Below, piece by piece: positions 39,901 to 54,104 of a stretch of 64,000 bases of DNA (within the stretch, counting starts at the first letter, position 1; each line of letters starts with the position of its first letter). The notes below the pieces were generated by a model, which did no database searches, had not been told where the DNA came from, and worked only from the letters and a program-made list of their open reading frames with translations. Both the position numbers and the translations under genes were made by a program. Source of the DNA: Octopus sinensis (Eukaryota). Location of the stretch: contig NC_043004.1 in the NCBI RefSeq assembly GCF_006345805.1, positions 42,904,001-42,968,000 on the forward strand. The letters run 5' to 3'.

Positions 39901-40439
39901 CAACAACAATGAAAGCGAAAATAATGGTAGGCACTCTATTTAATAGATCAAACGTGAATACGCTGATAGTATGAATTAGAAGTAGGAATGCGGTTTAATT
40001 TAGTTCATGGTGATATATACGCACTGTTCATTCTCCAATCTATCATATCTAATTTGAAATACAGTAAAATTTAGAGGTACACAGCAAGAAGCGTGTCGGA
40101 AAATGACATAGGATAATATATCAATACAGCATGGGTCGTTTGGTATTGTATACACTTACATGACAAATGATACGTGACTCGTAATGCGATTTTTAATATA
40201 CGCAGGAAGTAGATATTAATATATTACTGCATACTTCGTTGTAGCGTTACCATTTATCAAGCATAGTTGATCACATAGATTATTTCGAGACAATATGAAG
40301 GGAAAAGAATTGCTGATACGAAAACAAATCTAATTAGTAACATCATTTATACAGATGGTATTCAGGAAATAATATACGTATGTGTGTTTATAAAGACATG
40401 TGTGTGTGTGTGTATGTGCGCGTGTGGCGTGTATATATA

Positions 40440-40470
<31 letters not shown>

Positions 40471-40570
40471 CATACATACATATATATATACTTATATATA
40501 TATATATATATATCTATATATATACAACATATATATATACATATTATATATATCTATATACATACATTAC

Positions 40571-40605
<35 letters not shown>

Positions 40606-40657
40606 CATACATACATATTATATACATATATATATATATATATATATACATACATAC

Positions 40658-40695
<38 letters not shown>

Positions 40696-40865
40696 ATACA
40701 TACATATATATATACATAATATATATTATAATACATAAACATACATATATACATAATATAATATATATTATATATATATATATATATATACATACATCAT
40801 ACATATTATACATATATATATATATTAATATATACATACATAATATATATAATATATATATATAT

Positions 40866-40956
<91 letters not shown>

Positions 40957-40979
40957 CATACATACATATATATATATAT

Positions 40980-41011
<32 letters not shown>

Positions 41012-41509
41012 CACATATATATACACATACATACACATATACATAATTTAGGGAAAGAATGGAAACTATGTGATATTTACAAACGAATGGATAGTAACAA
41101 TTAATCACTCACTGTCCAAAACCTATTTGTACTATCATGGCTGGATGAATTGATACAATATCAAAAGAGTTACTACTTCCTATCAGGCTGCCCTTTATGA
41201 CTTTATTCTTATCAGTTACTATGTTTTCGAACTTGTGTTGTACACTTATCCAATGACCGAGACCGAAATATATTTTATATCCTTTAATCACTTATGGAAT
41301 CTTATAAAACAAAATAATTGCTTATTACCATTGTTATGTTATTGGGGTATTCATTTTGGATTCTCTTAAATCTTTTGTCTTTCACTCAAATGGAAATTTA
41401 TTCCTTATCCCGAAATTTGAAATGTTAATCAGATTCTATTGCATTGAAATCTACTCCTCTCACAAATTTTGGTGTACCATATCTGTGTTAGTAATTTCTA
41501 GTGTGTCAT

Positions 41510-41690
41510 GCTGGCAAACCCGGCAGAATCATTAGGGTCTCGTACAAAAATGCTTAGTAGCATTTCGTCTGAGCTAAGAGAATATAAACCCGGCGTGGTT
41601 AACTTGAAATTTCATTCTTTTAGGGACGATAGAATAAAGTACCAATCTTGTTTTAATGTAGCTGGTAATGACTGGAGCCTATCCCTCAAT
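41510..41690 (+). mobile_element. Degenerate type B SINE
   Basis: ggcagaatcattagggtc...aaatgcttagtagcatttcgtctg...ttcattcttttagggacgatagaataaagtacca. Confidence 0.6.
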
Positions 41691-42319
41691 TTGATGGTTT
41701 TGTACCATAATTTGAAACAACAACAACAACAACAGAATTTAAACAATCAACGTAATAGTAATCCTTTTTAATATTTTTGTACGACGTCCATGCTGTCGCC
41801 GAAAAATAACCGAGAAGTAGTGAGGTCAACTTTTGTGCAGTGAAATGTCTTTCCTGAACCTGCATTCGTGAGTTAAAGGTCGACTGGGTCCGATGCACTT
41901 GGTATGTAAAATATCGCCGGCAATTTAGCACCCTATCAGTTGTACAACGCCGACACACTGCGTTGTGAAAAACAGTCTAACATTCTATAAGAGTTTTCTG
42001 TTGGTACTTGTGATAAATTTCCAAATATCCTTCGCAAGACAATTCTTCACGAAGGTAATTGTCTCTTTAATAACAACTATGAAAGGTGGAGGTACCAACA
42101 CCCGAATTTATACCAGATGTGCACAAGGGGCGAAAACCCTATGCAGATTTTCATCAAGTTCCCGTCCACGATTGATTTGTGGGTTCTTGTCGGAAAAAAG
42201 CAGGTTAAACTTGATCTCTTCCGAATCTATAGGAAAACATTACATCATCTTCTTCTTCTTCTTCTGATCATCATCATCACCACCACCACCACCACCACCT
42301 CCTTTTATTCTTTTTTACA

Positions 42320-44418
42320 TCACCTTTGTTAAGCTATCTCTATGAGGCTTCTGGTTTTTAATTTGTTGGTTTTACGGTGGAAGTGACCATGTAATTCCAC
42401 GCGGAATAGGATTTCTTTTCTCTCGTTGGCTTCGCTTGATCGGAAATCATGAGCACTCCCAAATCCATTTTTGTTAAATCCTTTTGCACTAGCAGCACAC
42501 TGTATGAGGTCTTGTTTGCTGTTTACCAAAAATTCTGCCATGCTTCTTCTTTCACTGTTGATGCACTCTCGTACGCTAATCCGCTTTCGTCCACCTCTAC
42601 CCCTCTTCATGTAGAGCCTCTATACATTCGCCTTGGGGTGGAGGGCACCATACATGGTCATTGTCTTCCGGGTAGTGCGATCGAGTTGATTAATCACCGC
42701 TTATGTCCATTTTAGAATGGTTGCACTATAGCGGACTAAAGCAACTGGCCATATATTCATGGCAGTCATAATGTGTATGGAGCTGAGTTTTGATTTCAAG
42801 AGAAATCTAAGGCACTTGAAATATGCAGTGATCTTTATGCAAAATATATTGTCCAGCTCCAGGGTGCCAAGGTTGTTCTACATATCATCATCTTAGTCTT
42901 CTATTCTCTCCCCGTTTGGCAATTCTACGCACCTACAATTTACACTCTCCCCCGCTTCAAATTAAGCACTGCACACTTCGAGTTACCGAACTCCACCCCT
43001 ATATCCTTGATGCACATTTGTATAATCTCAACCAGCCTTTCCCTTTTAGGCTCTGTTTGAGATGAGGTCCATTGTTCGCGCTGACTTTGGGCACTGACTT
43101 TGCGTTATCGGCTACGTGCTGGTTGTTGCAGAAAACACCTGTTTTCCAACTAGGCATGCTGTTCTTAATCGGTGCACATATGTTCTGTTATTCCACACAT
43201 ATTGATTGTTTCCGAAATCCACGAATACGGCAACATGGCGTAAGACTTTTTGAAGTAATACATAAGATTTTTTCGTACCGATTACAGTTCTTCATTACAA
43301 CCTTCTCTATCACAAGGTGGTCCTTGGTGCCCTTAGATCCTTTTCGGCATCCCTTTTGTTCTATTGACAGTAGATCGTTTTCTGTAGGAAAAGTAAATAT
43401 TTTCCCTGCGAGTATACCTGATAAGCAAAGGGTATACCTCATTGCCCTCTACTATCCACTCCAGAACTGCACCGCTCTGTGGGCAAATGTCTAATTGCAA
43501 TGCAATTCTGTGATGACCTAAATCCCTTGAACCAATAGCCTTCAATTCCGTCTGATTCTGCCGCTTTCCAGTTTGCCAGTTTTGATCCCTGTGGAATGAC
43601 ATCTTCTGTAGTTATACGCACATGACCCTCTCGTGGAAACTCGGGATGATGTAGTTTGGATTTAACGGAATGAATCCACCCAGCACCGTGATAGTGGGAA
43701 ACTACTTGCCCCCAAATTTTAATCCGAAATTGTCGTGTCTCTTCTGCGTCAGGAGCTGTATTACCTTCTGTATTTCCTCATCAGCTCTTTAAAAAACTAC
43801 CTTTGGTTATTTGAGAATAAACGGGTTTGCTGGAACTGCGACATGCGATCAATGTAGCGCTGCACATTTAAAATTTTGGTCCGCACACGTTGTTTTAGGG
43901 TTGCAATGACAGTTTTGAATACTTTCTTTTCAATTTGGTACTTCGTGTCAAGATATGCGCATGCATCTTTTTTTCCCAATTTTTCATTGCCGTGTGGACG
44001 ACTCAGATCAATGTAGCGCAGATCTTTATGCAAATTTATAATATCACCTTCAATTCTCCATTTTCAGCATTGCTCCTTCGGTCCGTCTACATTCCTCTCT
44101 TGCTTTCCATCCAGTTCATCTACTAAAATTGAAGCGGATTTAATGAAGTCTCTTGTTTCTGCAAGATCTTTTGTTAGAATGTATTTCAGAATTATCAAGA
44201 ATATTTTGGGTCGCGCGTTTCACATTGTTACGGTCGAAGCTACTTAAATTCCCCTGCTTGGTCTCTGTTTTCGGAATTATTACATCACCAAGTCTAATCA
44301 TGAGGTTTCCGTCTTCTTCAGTCATATCCTCGCGTAATTCAGGGTTTTGTACAATTTATTTTATTTTATATTGATTGGCCATCTTCTCTACTGCAACTTC
44401 ACCTTGGCTACGCATTCG
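42320..44418 (-). mobile_element. Degenerate R4/Dong-clade non-LTR retrotransposon body (N-terminal region + RT)
   Basis: LKQRVRTKILNVQRYIDRMSQFQQTRLFSNNQ, ITTEDV...LANWKAAESDGIEGYWFK, LSGILAGKIF...IEQKGCRKGSKGTKDHLVIEK, LHGHFHRKT; many stops and frameshifts; starts at (TAA)n. Confidence 0.85.
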
Positions 44419-44419
44419 C

Positions 44420-44473
<54 letters not shown>

Positions 44474-44497
44474 TATTATTATTATTATTATTATTAT

Positions 44498-44933
44498 AGC
44501 GTGCTTTCACTTCACTACCGAGCGCAGCTCAGTGTGCCTTGGGTATGTGCTGTGATTTGTTGTGATGCTCTGATGGCTACTGTATGGAAAGTGGTCTGCC
44601 TAGGATGTGTGCAGTGCCTAGTAGTGCAATTTTCTGTATGTTATATGTGTTTGAAAGTCCTGGTGTTTTTGTTATGTATTTGTCTGAATATCTTTTTATC
44701 ATGCCTAATGCACCTATTATGATAGGAATTGTTTCTGATTTTAGATTCGACTTTCTAGTTAACTCTATTTCCAGGTCTTTGTATTTTGAAAATTTCTCCA
44801 TTTATTTTAGAGACACGTTGTCATCTGCTGGTACATTGATACATCAATTAGAAGGCATTTTTTCTTCATGATCTCTGACAACTATATCTGGTCTGTTGGC
44901 CTTAATTTCTCTATCTGTGTGTATTGGCATATC

Positions 44934-44934
<1 letters not shown>
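44498..44934 (-). mobile_element. Second R4/Dong 3' fragment, flanked by (TAA)n on both sides
   Basis: WDMPIHTDREIKANRPDIVV...EKFSKYKDLEIEL...IIIGALGMIK...KIALLGTAHIL; colinear with 14420-14850; (TTA)n at 44420-44497 and 44935-45000. Confidence 0.88.
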
Positions 44935-44993
<59 letters not shown>

Positions 44994-46604
44994 CATTATT
45001 ATTCAAAACTGCCATTTCTATGACTAATGATTCTTGGTAACATGAGAACTCTTCCTACATCCTTTTAGTTCCCTTGCATGTTTCAAAGTATATTTATCTC
45101 ATACAACATGAAGTATAATAGAATTTTTTCGTCTGAAGTTGAATTGCTAATAAATGTCACAATACTTGGATACGTTTATTTAAAAGAGATAATACTTTTT
45201 TTTAACATATTGTAAGTGTTTTGTCGAGAAACAGAATTTAGCAGATCAAATAAGTAGAAAATAAATTAAAAAAAAATTAAAGCATACATCAATTACAATA
45301 AACACATGTTCTCAACAAAGAAGAAACAAATTAGCTAAAAGACATAGAATTAATTGCAGACTTAAATTTTCCATTCCCATGCTTTAGATTTTGTAAAACA
45401 CACACTCACACACACATACACACACATACATGTATATTAAGAAAAAAAGTAAGATTACGAATAAAACTATCACGAGAGAACAAAAACCTTACAAGATTAC
45501 AGGTATGTATATTTGTGTCATTCAAAATCTAATTTTATAAATTCTACACAAACATATGTTTCTTTTATATGAATAAGAGAAAAGAATCAGAATTTGGATA
45601 AATACATCCAATTCAAGGATTCGATATAAATTTTTCCTTTCTATATATCCGTGTGTGGTCAATGGTCAATATATTTTCTCGGGGTTTAGAAAATCATGGT
45701 TGGGAGCTGTCATTTGTGATGGTTTGTGTCGTTTTAAATCTATACGAATGTGTGAGTGCAGATATTTCAGCAAACTTATATATACTTCTTCGAGACTCTT
45801 GTAGAGGTATTTTCTGGGATGTTTGATTTGATGGTCGGTCAAAAGAGGTAAATCTTTTTATCAATTAATTTTAGTTATTAAAAGCCCAATTGTATTTATT
45901 TCTATTCAGAGGCGGTTTAACTGCGGAATTCACCAAATTGTTTTTGAAGGCTATCAAATATGTGTGCGAATATATGTAGATGTAAGTGCGTGTTGTGTAT
46001 TGATTGCTTGAGAGTTATTTTACTAGCATCACTAAAGACATTGTTATTAATAATATCCAGTGATTATTTGATTTTGTTCATCTGGAAAACAATATTTCAT
46101 TAAAAATCCTAATTGTTTGATAAATACATTCTTTAAATGGTGAATTTTTAAAGGATTTTTAATATATCTTCCGTGTGTGTGTGTGTGTGCGTGTGTGTAT
46201 GTATGTATATGTATGTGTGTGTCTATGTATACATTCGCCGTTCTCGGTTCTGTTAATGGCTAGTCGTTCAGGCACGTATACCGGCATATTGATGTAGCAA
46301 CATTTGAAACATTGTCCAGGTAAATCTAGCTGAAAGTAGACTAATCAAATTTACGATAACAAGCGTATTTGAAGAGGTCGAAACGTAGATACTCGATTAT
46401 CCGATTCTGAGTTATCCATTTATCTAATCCTCTTCCTCGATGCAAAACAAAATTATTTTTAACGTTCGCTGCCCTCGCACGTCATTGCCAGTATATATTC
46501 TGTGATGCTTTACTATAGCGTCCTAAATTATCTACTGCTATTTCCACTAAACAGTGGTGCCTTGTACTACTACAACCTCTCTCTCTCTCTCTTTCTCTAT
46601 TTCT

Positions 46605-46657
<53 letters not shown>

Positions 46658-47086
46658 TATACATATAACTGGTATGTGCAATATATACTTATGACTGTTA
46701 ATTCAACATCTCATCTTTTATGACTTGACATATTTATAAATTTCTTGTAAATCTTTAATAATTTCAAGATCACCTTTTTATGAGATAGATCCAGAAAACC
46801 CCCCTGATACTTTGAAATACCCATTTTGAGAGATTAAATATATCGAATCTCTTAATTCAATATTGTTTACAAAATTTCCATTAAATGCATTTTCTCTGTA
46901 TCATGAACGATAAAAGTAAAATTGTATGCTTTTAGAATTTTAAACAGAATATAAATATAAATAATGGTTAGAATTAATCTGCTTATTATGAAATTGCTAG
47001 CGATTAAGCGGAAACTGCATCGTAATTTCAAATTGGTTTAAATACGCTGTTGAGAGTTGATTTAATCCAGAGCTAAAAAAATTGAA

Positions 47087-47502
47087 GGATCTTTTCGGTT
47101 TGAACGGCAGTTTTTAACATAATTTCTAGGTAATTAAAAAATGTTAAACTTCGTATACTGGTAGAATGTGTTTATAAAACATATTTTTCTCTTAGCTTTA
47201 TTGAGAAAATTCTATAGTTTGTAAAATATTTGTTGTTTTTTTCTTCAATTTCTGCAATTTCAACCAATCAATTACGTCTATTGGGGTAAAAAAACATTCT
47301 GTGCCGTATGAATATGTTCCTCGTTTAAGAAACAGATTGGGTTTATTTACATTTGTGAAGAAAAAAGATACCCTTTCCCCACCCTTAACCCTAACACTAA
47401 AAGAGATTGAAATGCAATAGATCGATACTAGGGTCATAATTATGAGTAACAATTTCATATGACACCGCTAGAAAAAAAATGCCGTTCAAACCGAAAAGAT
47501 CC
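47087..47502. mobile_element. 416-bp MITE with 23-bp perfect TIRs starting GG and a probable 8-bp TSD (Merlin- or Mutator-like)
   Basis: ggatcttttcggtttgaacggca (47087-47109) / tgccgttcaaaccgaaaagatcc (47480-47502); flanks aaattgaa and aaattgga (7/8 match). Confidence 0.8.
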
Positions 47503-48772
47503 AAATTGGATCTCAACTGTTATTCAGGTAAGCGATATATTTGGAAAATTCATCAGGTTTGTTACCAAGAGTTACCTGACAATTCGTGTAATAGTAATGT
47601 TCTATATCGATACTAACTTATAACGATTTGGTAAAGTACCATCTCTGCGTAAGACTTTCAATAAACTAATAAGTACCAAACCGCACACACATGTGCATAT
47701 ATTTACAAATATCTGTATCTGTGTGTTGCGGCAAATATGCATGAATATATTTCGATAGACTAACGTATCTAAATTTGGAAAAAAGGTTGATAATTACATA
47801 CGTAAAGGGAGAGAGAGAGAGAGAAGAAGAGAGAATTAGACAGGGAGAGAGAGAGAGAAAGGGAGTGAATTAGAGTGAGAGAGAGAGAGAGAGATGAATA
47901 AGTTTAAAAAATGAGACATCAAGATGAAGATAAAAGAATATAGTACACGACAAGCATTTCTGTATATAACGATTTGTAAACGTATAAACATATATGTCGT
48001 TATTGTTGTAGAAGCATGTACGTCGACAGGTGAGTAGATATGGTATATTTTATTTAATACATTTGTTATAGCTCGCAGTAATTTATTTCATTAGTTGTTT
48101 TAACATATTTAATTTCCTGTTCTAATACTTGTATTTCTCATTTCCATATTCTTTATTTTCACTTTTTTTCTATATCTCACATGAATATATAGTAAATCAC
48201 TGATGTCTCCATTTGTACCTCAGGAAACATGTCTTTTTCACTTGACAACCAATGTAATGTATTCTATGCATATCCTTGTTCGATGAGAAATTTCAAAGAG
48301 AATATACCGGCAAAAAAATAAATAAATCACTCAAAAACATAACAAAACATGTAAGTAGTATTCAAAAATATCTGCGAGCTATATAATCTTACGTATGAGG
48401 AGTGCTGAAAAAGTATACAAAATTGTCTCTAAATAATGCGTTGTGTAAAAACAGTATTTATTAAATGTTTGAAAGGTGAGAATATATTATATGATGTATT
48501 TATTGTTACCATGGAATAAGCAAAAGTAGGTGAACATTTGCTTTCGTTTAAAATACTGAAAATTATAAAAGTAGCATCGACATGTATTTTCAATGAATAT
48601 AGCTGTTTTATGTTTTACAGGTGTGAACAAATAGATAAATGGTATTCTAAATTGAATAATAAATATTAATCCTCTTCAATTAATTTTCAAACGGAAATAG
48701 AGAAGTTGCCCGTCACAATTCACATATTGTGTTTTGCTGCTGCTTGTATAATAGTGTTAATATATTTTAGGA

Positions 48773-49640
48773 CGTTAGGACAGCGTGTTGGCAGAATCGT
48801 TAGCACTCTGGAGAAAAATCCCTGCAGATATTTCGACCGTCTTTATGTTCCGAGTTTTGTCGACTTTTCCGTTCATTCTTTTGGATCGATAAATTAACTA
48901 TCAGGTGACCTTTGGGGTCGTTGTAGCCGAGTTACTCCCGAAATTGCTAGACTTGTGGCAAAATTTGGAATCAAGATAATGTAGGAAAATCAAGCGGTGA
49001 GCTGGCAGAATCATTAGCATGGTGTGCAAAAAAACTAAGCAGAATATCATCCATCTTTGTGTTCCAAGTTGAAATTCCAGGGCTGTCCGTTTTCCGTTTC
49101 ATATCTTCGGAGTTGTAAAATGGTACCTGTTGAACACTGTGGTCGAGATAATAAACATATTCCTTCCTTCAAAATTGCTGGCGTTGTGCCAAAATTTGCA
49201 TTCAATATACTTTAAGATATTAAGGCGGCTAGCTGGCAGAATGGTTAGCACGGTGGCCAAAATGTTTAGCGATATTCTGTCCGTCTTAACGTTCTAAGTT
49301 CAGATTCCGCTGAGTTCGACTTTGCTTTTCATCGCTTCGGAGTCTACGAAGTAAGTTTCTTCTGAACACTGGCATCAATAAAATCGATTTATTTCCTAAC
49401 CCATATTCGTGCCATTACATTTTTTGGAAGTTAACATGAGCTGGCAGAATCGATACAACGCCGGGAAAAAAATGCTTAGTCTCATTTTGACTGTCCTTAG
49501 GTTCTAAGTTCAAATTCCACCGACGTAGAGATTGCGTTTCATTCTTTCGGAGTCAGTAAAATAAGTACCAGAAGAAAATTGGCGTCAATGTAATTGACTT
49601 ACTTGAAATTGCTGGCATTGTGACAGAATGTGAAGCACAT
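48773..49640 (+). mobile_element. Head-to-tail array of four diverged type B SINE monomers (~220-bp spacing)
   Basis: (c/t)tggcagaat head motif recurs at ~48787, ~49003, ~49232 and ~49440, each followed by gtt...aaattcc / ttcat..ttcggag body motifs. Confidence 0.8.
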
Positions 49641-51270
49641 AAATTTTGGAAAGATCTAATGCCATACATGATTTATATTTCTTGGGATGGAACTGCTCTG
49701 TAAATACTATACCTATCATCATTTATTTAATATTTGTGAATTATTATTGAGGTATTCTGAAAGGGATATAAGAACGATTTATCCGTGGTGTCTTTCGATT
49801 GGACTCATCGGTTTATAAGCTAACTGATCAAAACATCAGAGCAATGATTAATATACAGATTGTCACTGTCGATTGACTACAGAAAATTAGGATTGTTTTA
49901 TATGAGGTGTAACGAAAATGATTCGTTTACGAATCTATTTCATCCATGGTACCTGCTTAGATTATGTTTTAAATAAAACATTTATGGTGTATATTAAAAA
50001 AAAAACAATTATGCCTGTGGTTATGTGCCAATAAAGATTTCAGCAAAGAAAATCAGCTCCATTTTTTACTCAAATATTATATTCAAATACAGAATATACT
50101 GATGATGAAGCTAGGGTGAAGCTAGATAGCTTAGCTATCGAGTGTTTGTGTAGATATGGACGAATATGTCTTCTTCAAAGCCTTGATGTATTTTCAGTTT
50201 AAGGAGCATGGTATATTAAACATGAGTGTGATCCGTTTTCTATATCATGATCATTATATTAGAAACTTGAGGCGGCTCCAATTTTCCTCAAATATATTCA
50301 AATACAAAATGTACTGATGATGAAGCTAGATTGTACATAATACTGCATGTGCTTAAAGTTTCCCGCAATTTCCTTCTTTTAGTCCACACGTTATTAAGAA
50401 TTATATACAGTGATCAATTTCGCGCTCACTGAACTGAGATATTGGTCAATAATATTGCTATAAGTAATTCGTTGTGTTAGACATATTTAGATTACACTTA
50501 AAATGATACAAATATGGAGCAAGAGAATCAGGTTTACTTCTCTGTGTTAATTCGTGACATGAATTCCCGTTTTATAATATAAACAAATGAGTAATGATAT
50601 GTACTTTATGCTACAGTAGTTTTCAGGAAATGATTTCACAATGCAATCAGTAAAATGTTCAGAGCATGTAATAATATTTTGAAATTGTCTTATAATTTGT
50701 ACGTCAGCAAATAAATGCCGACTAAATTAGTGGAAAGACAGTGTTTCTATGAATATAGTTCTATTTATTATTTAATAATTAATAATGAATGTGGATTATC
50801 AAAATATGCAGGAACTACAGATAAAATGTATATTTCATCATCTGACATTTTACATTTTGAGTTCAAATCCGAACGAGGTCAACTTTGCATTCCATTCTTA
50901 ACGGGGCAATAAAATATGGTACCAAATAAGTACCACGTACGACTGAGTCAATTAAAACTTTCTCCAAAATCTGAGTTCTGATGAGTATATACAAAACAAT
51001 TATTGTGACATTTAACGTCGGATTTTGACGTTGCTTTTCATCGTTCAGTGAGCGATAAAAACTTAGCTATTGAGTGTTCGTGTAGATATGGACGACTGTG
51101 TCTTCTTAAAAACCTTGATGTATTTCCTGTTCAAGGAACATGGTATATTAAGCATGAATCACACGTCATTAATAAAGCCATGTACAGTCATTAGAAATAC
51201 GAAGATAGAAAATGAATTATCTAAAATCGTCTCTATCCGCTAACAAGTCAGTTTTTATCATGAAAAATAG

Positions 51271-51316
<46 letters not shown>

Positions 51317-51319
51317 ATA

Positions 51320-51367
<48 letters not shown>

Positions 51368-51927
51368 TGTGTGTCTGTGTGTGCAACGATGTGACGTTTG
51401 CTTCTTTGCTTCTTTTAAAATCTCTCTTTTGCTGACGAAAAAGAAAGGAAGCAAGACGATGTGTCGTTTACAAAGGTACTTCTGAGTGTCGCCGAGAGCT
51501 TACTTAATGGAGTTTCTAACAAATTTAAGATGAGGTCAGCAATACATGGTTTAAAGATATCATCAAAAGAATCCATGCAATATCTACTGACCTACAAATA
51601 TTGCTGTTAGGGGATTTAGTAATATAAGACAGGGTCATACTTAGCTTTGGCATGTCAACAGATATATCTGACTCAGCAAAAGTTAATAACTATCATAAAC
51701 ATAATTAGTGAGGTCACTGCAAAGGAAGAAGATGGGTAGGATAGTAGCAAAAGATTTAAAACGTGTTGCTACTAGCCAAAAAAAAGAAATTCTTCTGAAA
51801 TTACTTTCCATTCAACTCGGTTAGTCAGAGAAGAAAATTGAAATTAGGATTTCATGGCGTAGGCATGTAGGTGATATGTGCTATAACATTATTGAAAGTA
51901 AATATATATTTATGGATTTTCCTTTAA

Positions 51928-52537
51928 CCCTTCATGGGCCGGCGGGGTTAGAATAACAACACAAAAGGCCATCGGAGTTCCGTGGGACTCCGCTTTATTT
52001 TTGCACATTTCCGCACTATCCCTAGAGTTATATTTGCTTAATCTTGTATATATGTGTGAGTGCATAATGCAGAACAAGCGTTTAGCACTTTATAGGTATA
52101 TATCTGGAATTATTGGCGTTTAATGAAAGGAAATTAAAATATTATTTATTAACTGAAAAAAAAAAACCTTTATTGAAAGAAATCAACATTCTTTTATGGT
52201 TATGTAAACTATACATATACAACTAAATGTAAAATAAAACAAAATTATTTAGTATACTGATTCACACCAGTACAAATACGAATAAAATTGACTTATAGTT
52301 CATCAGAATATCTGTAAAATGAAAAGAAGAAAATAATAGTACAGAAGACCAATGGTGTCCAGTTGGACACCAAAGACCATATTTTATGCTAAAGCATTCA
52401 TATGACTGGAACGTTTTAGCTCAAAAATCTTTAGGTGTATACATAAACTGTAAACAATATAAGTCATGAGATATATAATCCTTTAAATAAAAAATGTAAA
52501 ATTTGCGTAACATAAAAAATTTTGTGGGGTCCAAGGG
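51928..52537. mobile_element. Possible piggyBac-type MITE
   Basis: TTAA|cccttcatgg ... gtccaaggg|TTAA; subterminal palindromes ggagttccgtgggactcc and ggtgtccagttggacacc. Terminal match is only 5 bp. Confidence 0.5.
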
Positions 52538-53747
52538 TTAAGGTTGAAAATATGATGAATATAATACAATGTGCTATCCATTTTCGAATGGCACAGGAAT
52601 AGTTTCGAAAACGTGGTGCACGTTGCATAAATATGACAAATGCACCAGTATGTTTTGGAAGATTTATTCAAGTAAAAATAAGTTCTGAGATGCTGGGATA
52701 TCAGAATTGCATTGTCCTATGCCGCAATAATAGAATTCAGAATTTTATTGTTACATATACTTTCCCAGTTCTAAAACGTGTAGCACACAAATCAAAATAT
52801 AATTTTCAGATGAATTTACCAATACGATTCAAAATTTTTCACCCTGAGTATTATTTCTTTTAAAAATATACAGACACGTTGCTAATTTCAATGAACGTCT
52901 TGAATATTGTTTACAAATGAGAATGCCATATTGCACGTTTAATAACTATAATAATTCATGAAAAAAAGCATTCCGGTGTCCATGTATCGATTTGAAATGC
53001 TAATTCATCTTTAAATTAAGTAGTACCTGAAGCATTACAGGAAGGTGTAAAAAATACTCATAGAAAGTGTTTGGACAAAGTGAAAAATATTTTGTAAAAA
53101 TACTGATGTAAAAAATATGCCTGAGAATCGTTTATGAAATATTGTGCACTAACGATTGTATTCAATGGTTAACTTGAACTATATGAAATTTATTGAAAAT
53201 TAAACAAAATATTGCTTTATATTATTAGACACATTGTATTACCGTTGCTTCCATTTCTGTGCAATGAGTAAACATATTGGCTTTCTACAATTAAAACTCA
53301 TTCATTATAAATTGTAGTTTTCCTTTAGTAACGCATAGCATATCAGTATTTATACATTTATGCAACGTTGAATTACACACAGACTGCATAAATATGATAG
53401 GTGGGCTTAAGCTATATAGATGTTCCGCATAATCACACTACTTGATATTTAAAAGGGAAAGGCACAACGATTAATTGATGTCGTTAATTGGACGGTATAT
53501 ATGCAATGAATCCTGCAAGGAAAACAGGCATTGCGCTCTTTCGCAAAATCCAGAGTGAGGAATTAAATTGGCGTAACATTGAAAGATATTTATCAAATCT
53601 TTAGAAAGAGAATTGTGTAATAATAAAGAATAAGTATCAACACGTAGATTTAATGCAGATCACACTCTGGATATGAATTTACCACTCTCTCATTTTCCTT
53701 TCACTTACACTCAAAAACGCATTTAAAAAAATATGCATGCTATTATA

Positions 53748-53843
<96 letters not shown>

Positions 53844-54104
53844 TGATAGAGAGAGAGTGAGAGAGAGATAAATGGTACAAGAAGGCACCAATATTTACTG
53901 GAAAATAGCAATCGTAATAAATACGACGCTATTGTATAGCTTCACTGCGTATATACTAGCAAAGAGGTGTGTATTGAACAAACATGAAAAAAATTTGTCT
54001 TACCTCTAGAAAGAACATTCGATAAGTGGAAAACCTAGAATCGGATAATGCAGGACCGATTTCTGACTCTTCAAATAAGTTTGACAACGTAAATATATAT
54101 GTAT

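Noticed and set aside
41686-42267. Cys-containing ORFs next to the Dong body (e.g. NAVCRRCT)
   Set aside because: No consistent domain pattern and interrupted by stops; cannot be assigned.
47380-47400. Interstitial telomere (ccctaa-like)
   Set aside because: Only about three degenerate units, located inside a MITE.
48773-49640. CRISPR-like repeat-spacer array
   Set aside because: Units are ~220-bp diverged SINE monomers in eukaryotic DNA; there is no short constant repeat with unique spacers and no cas genes.
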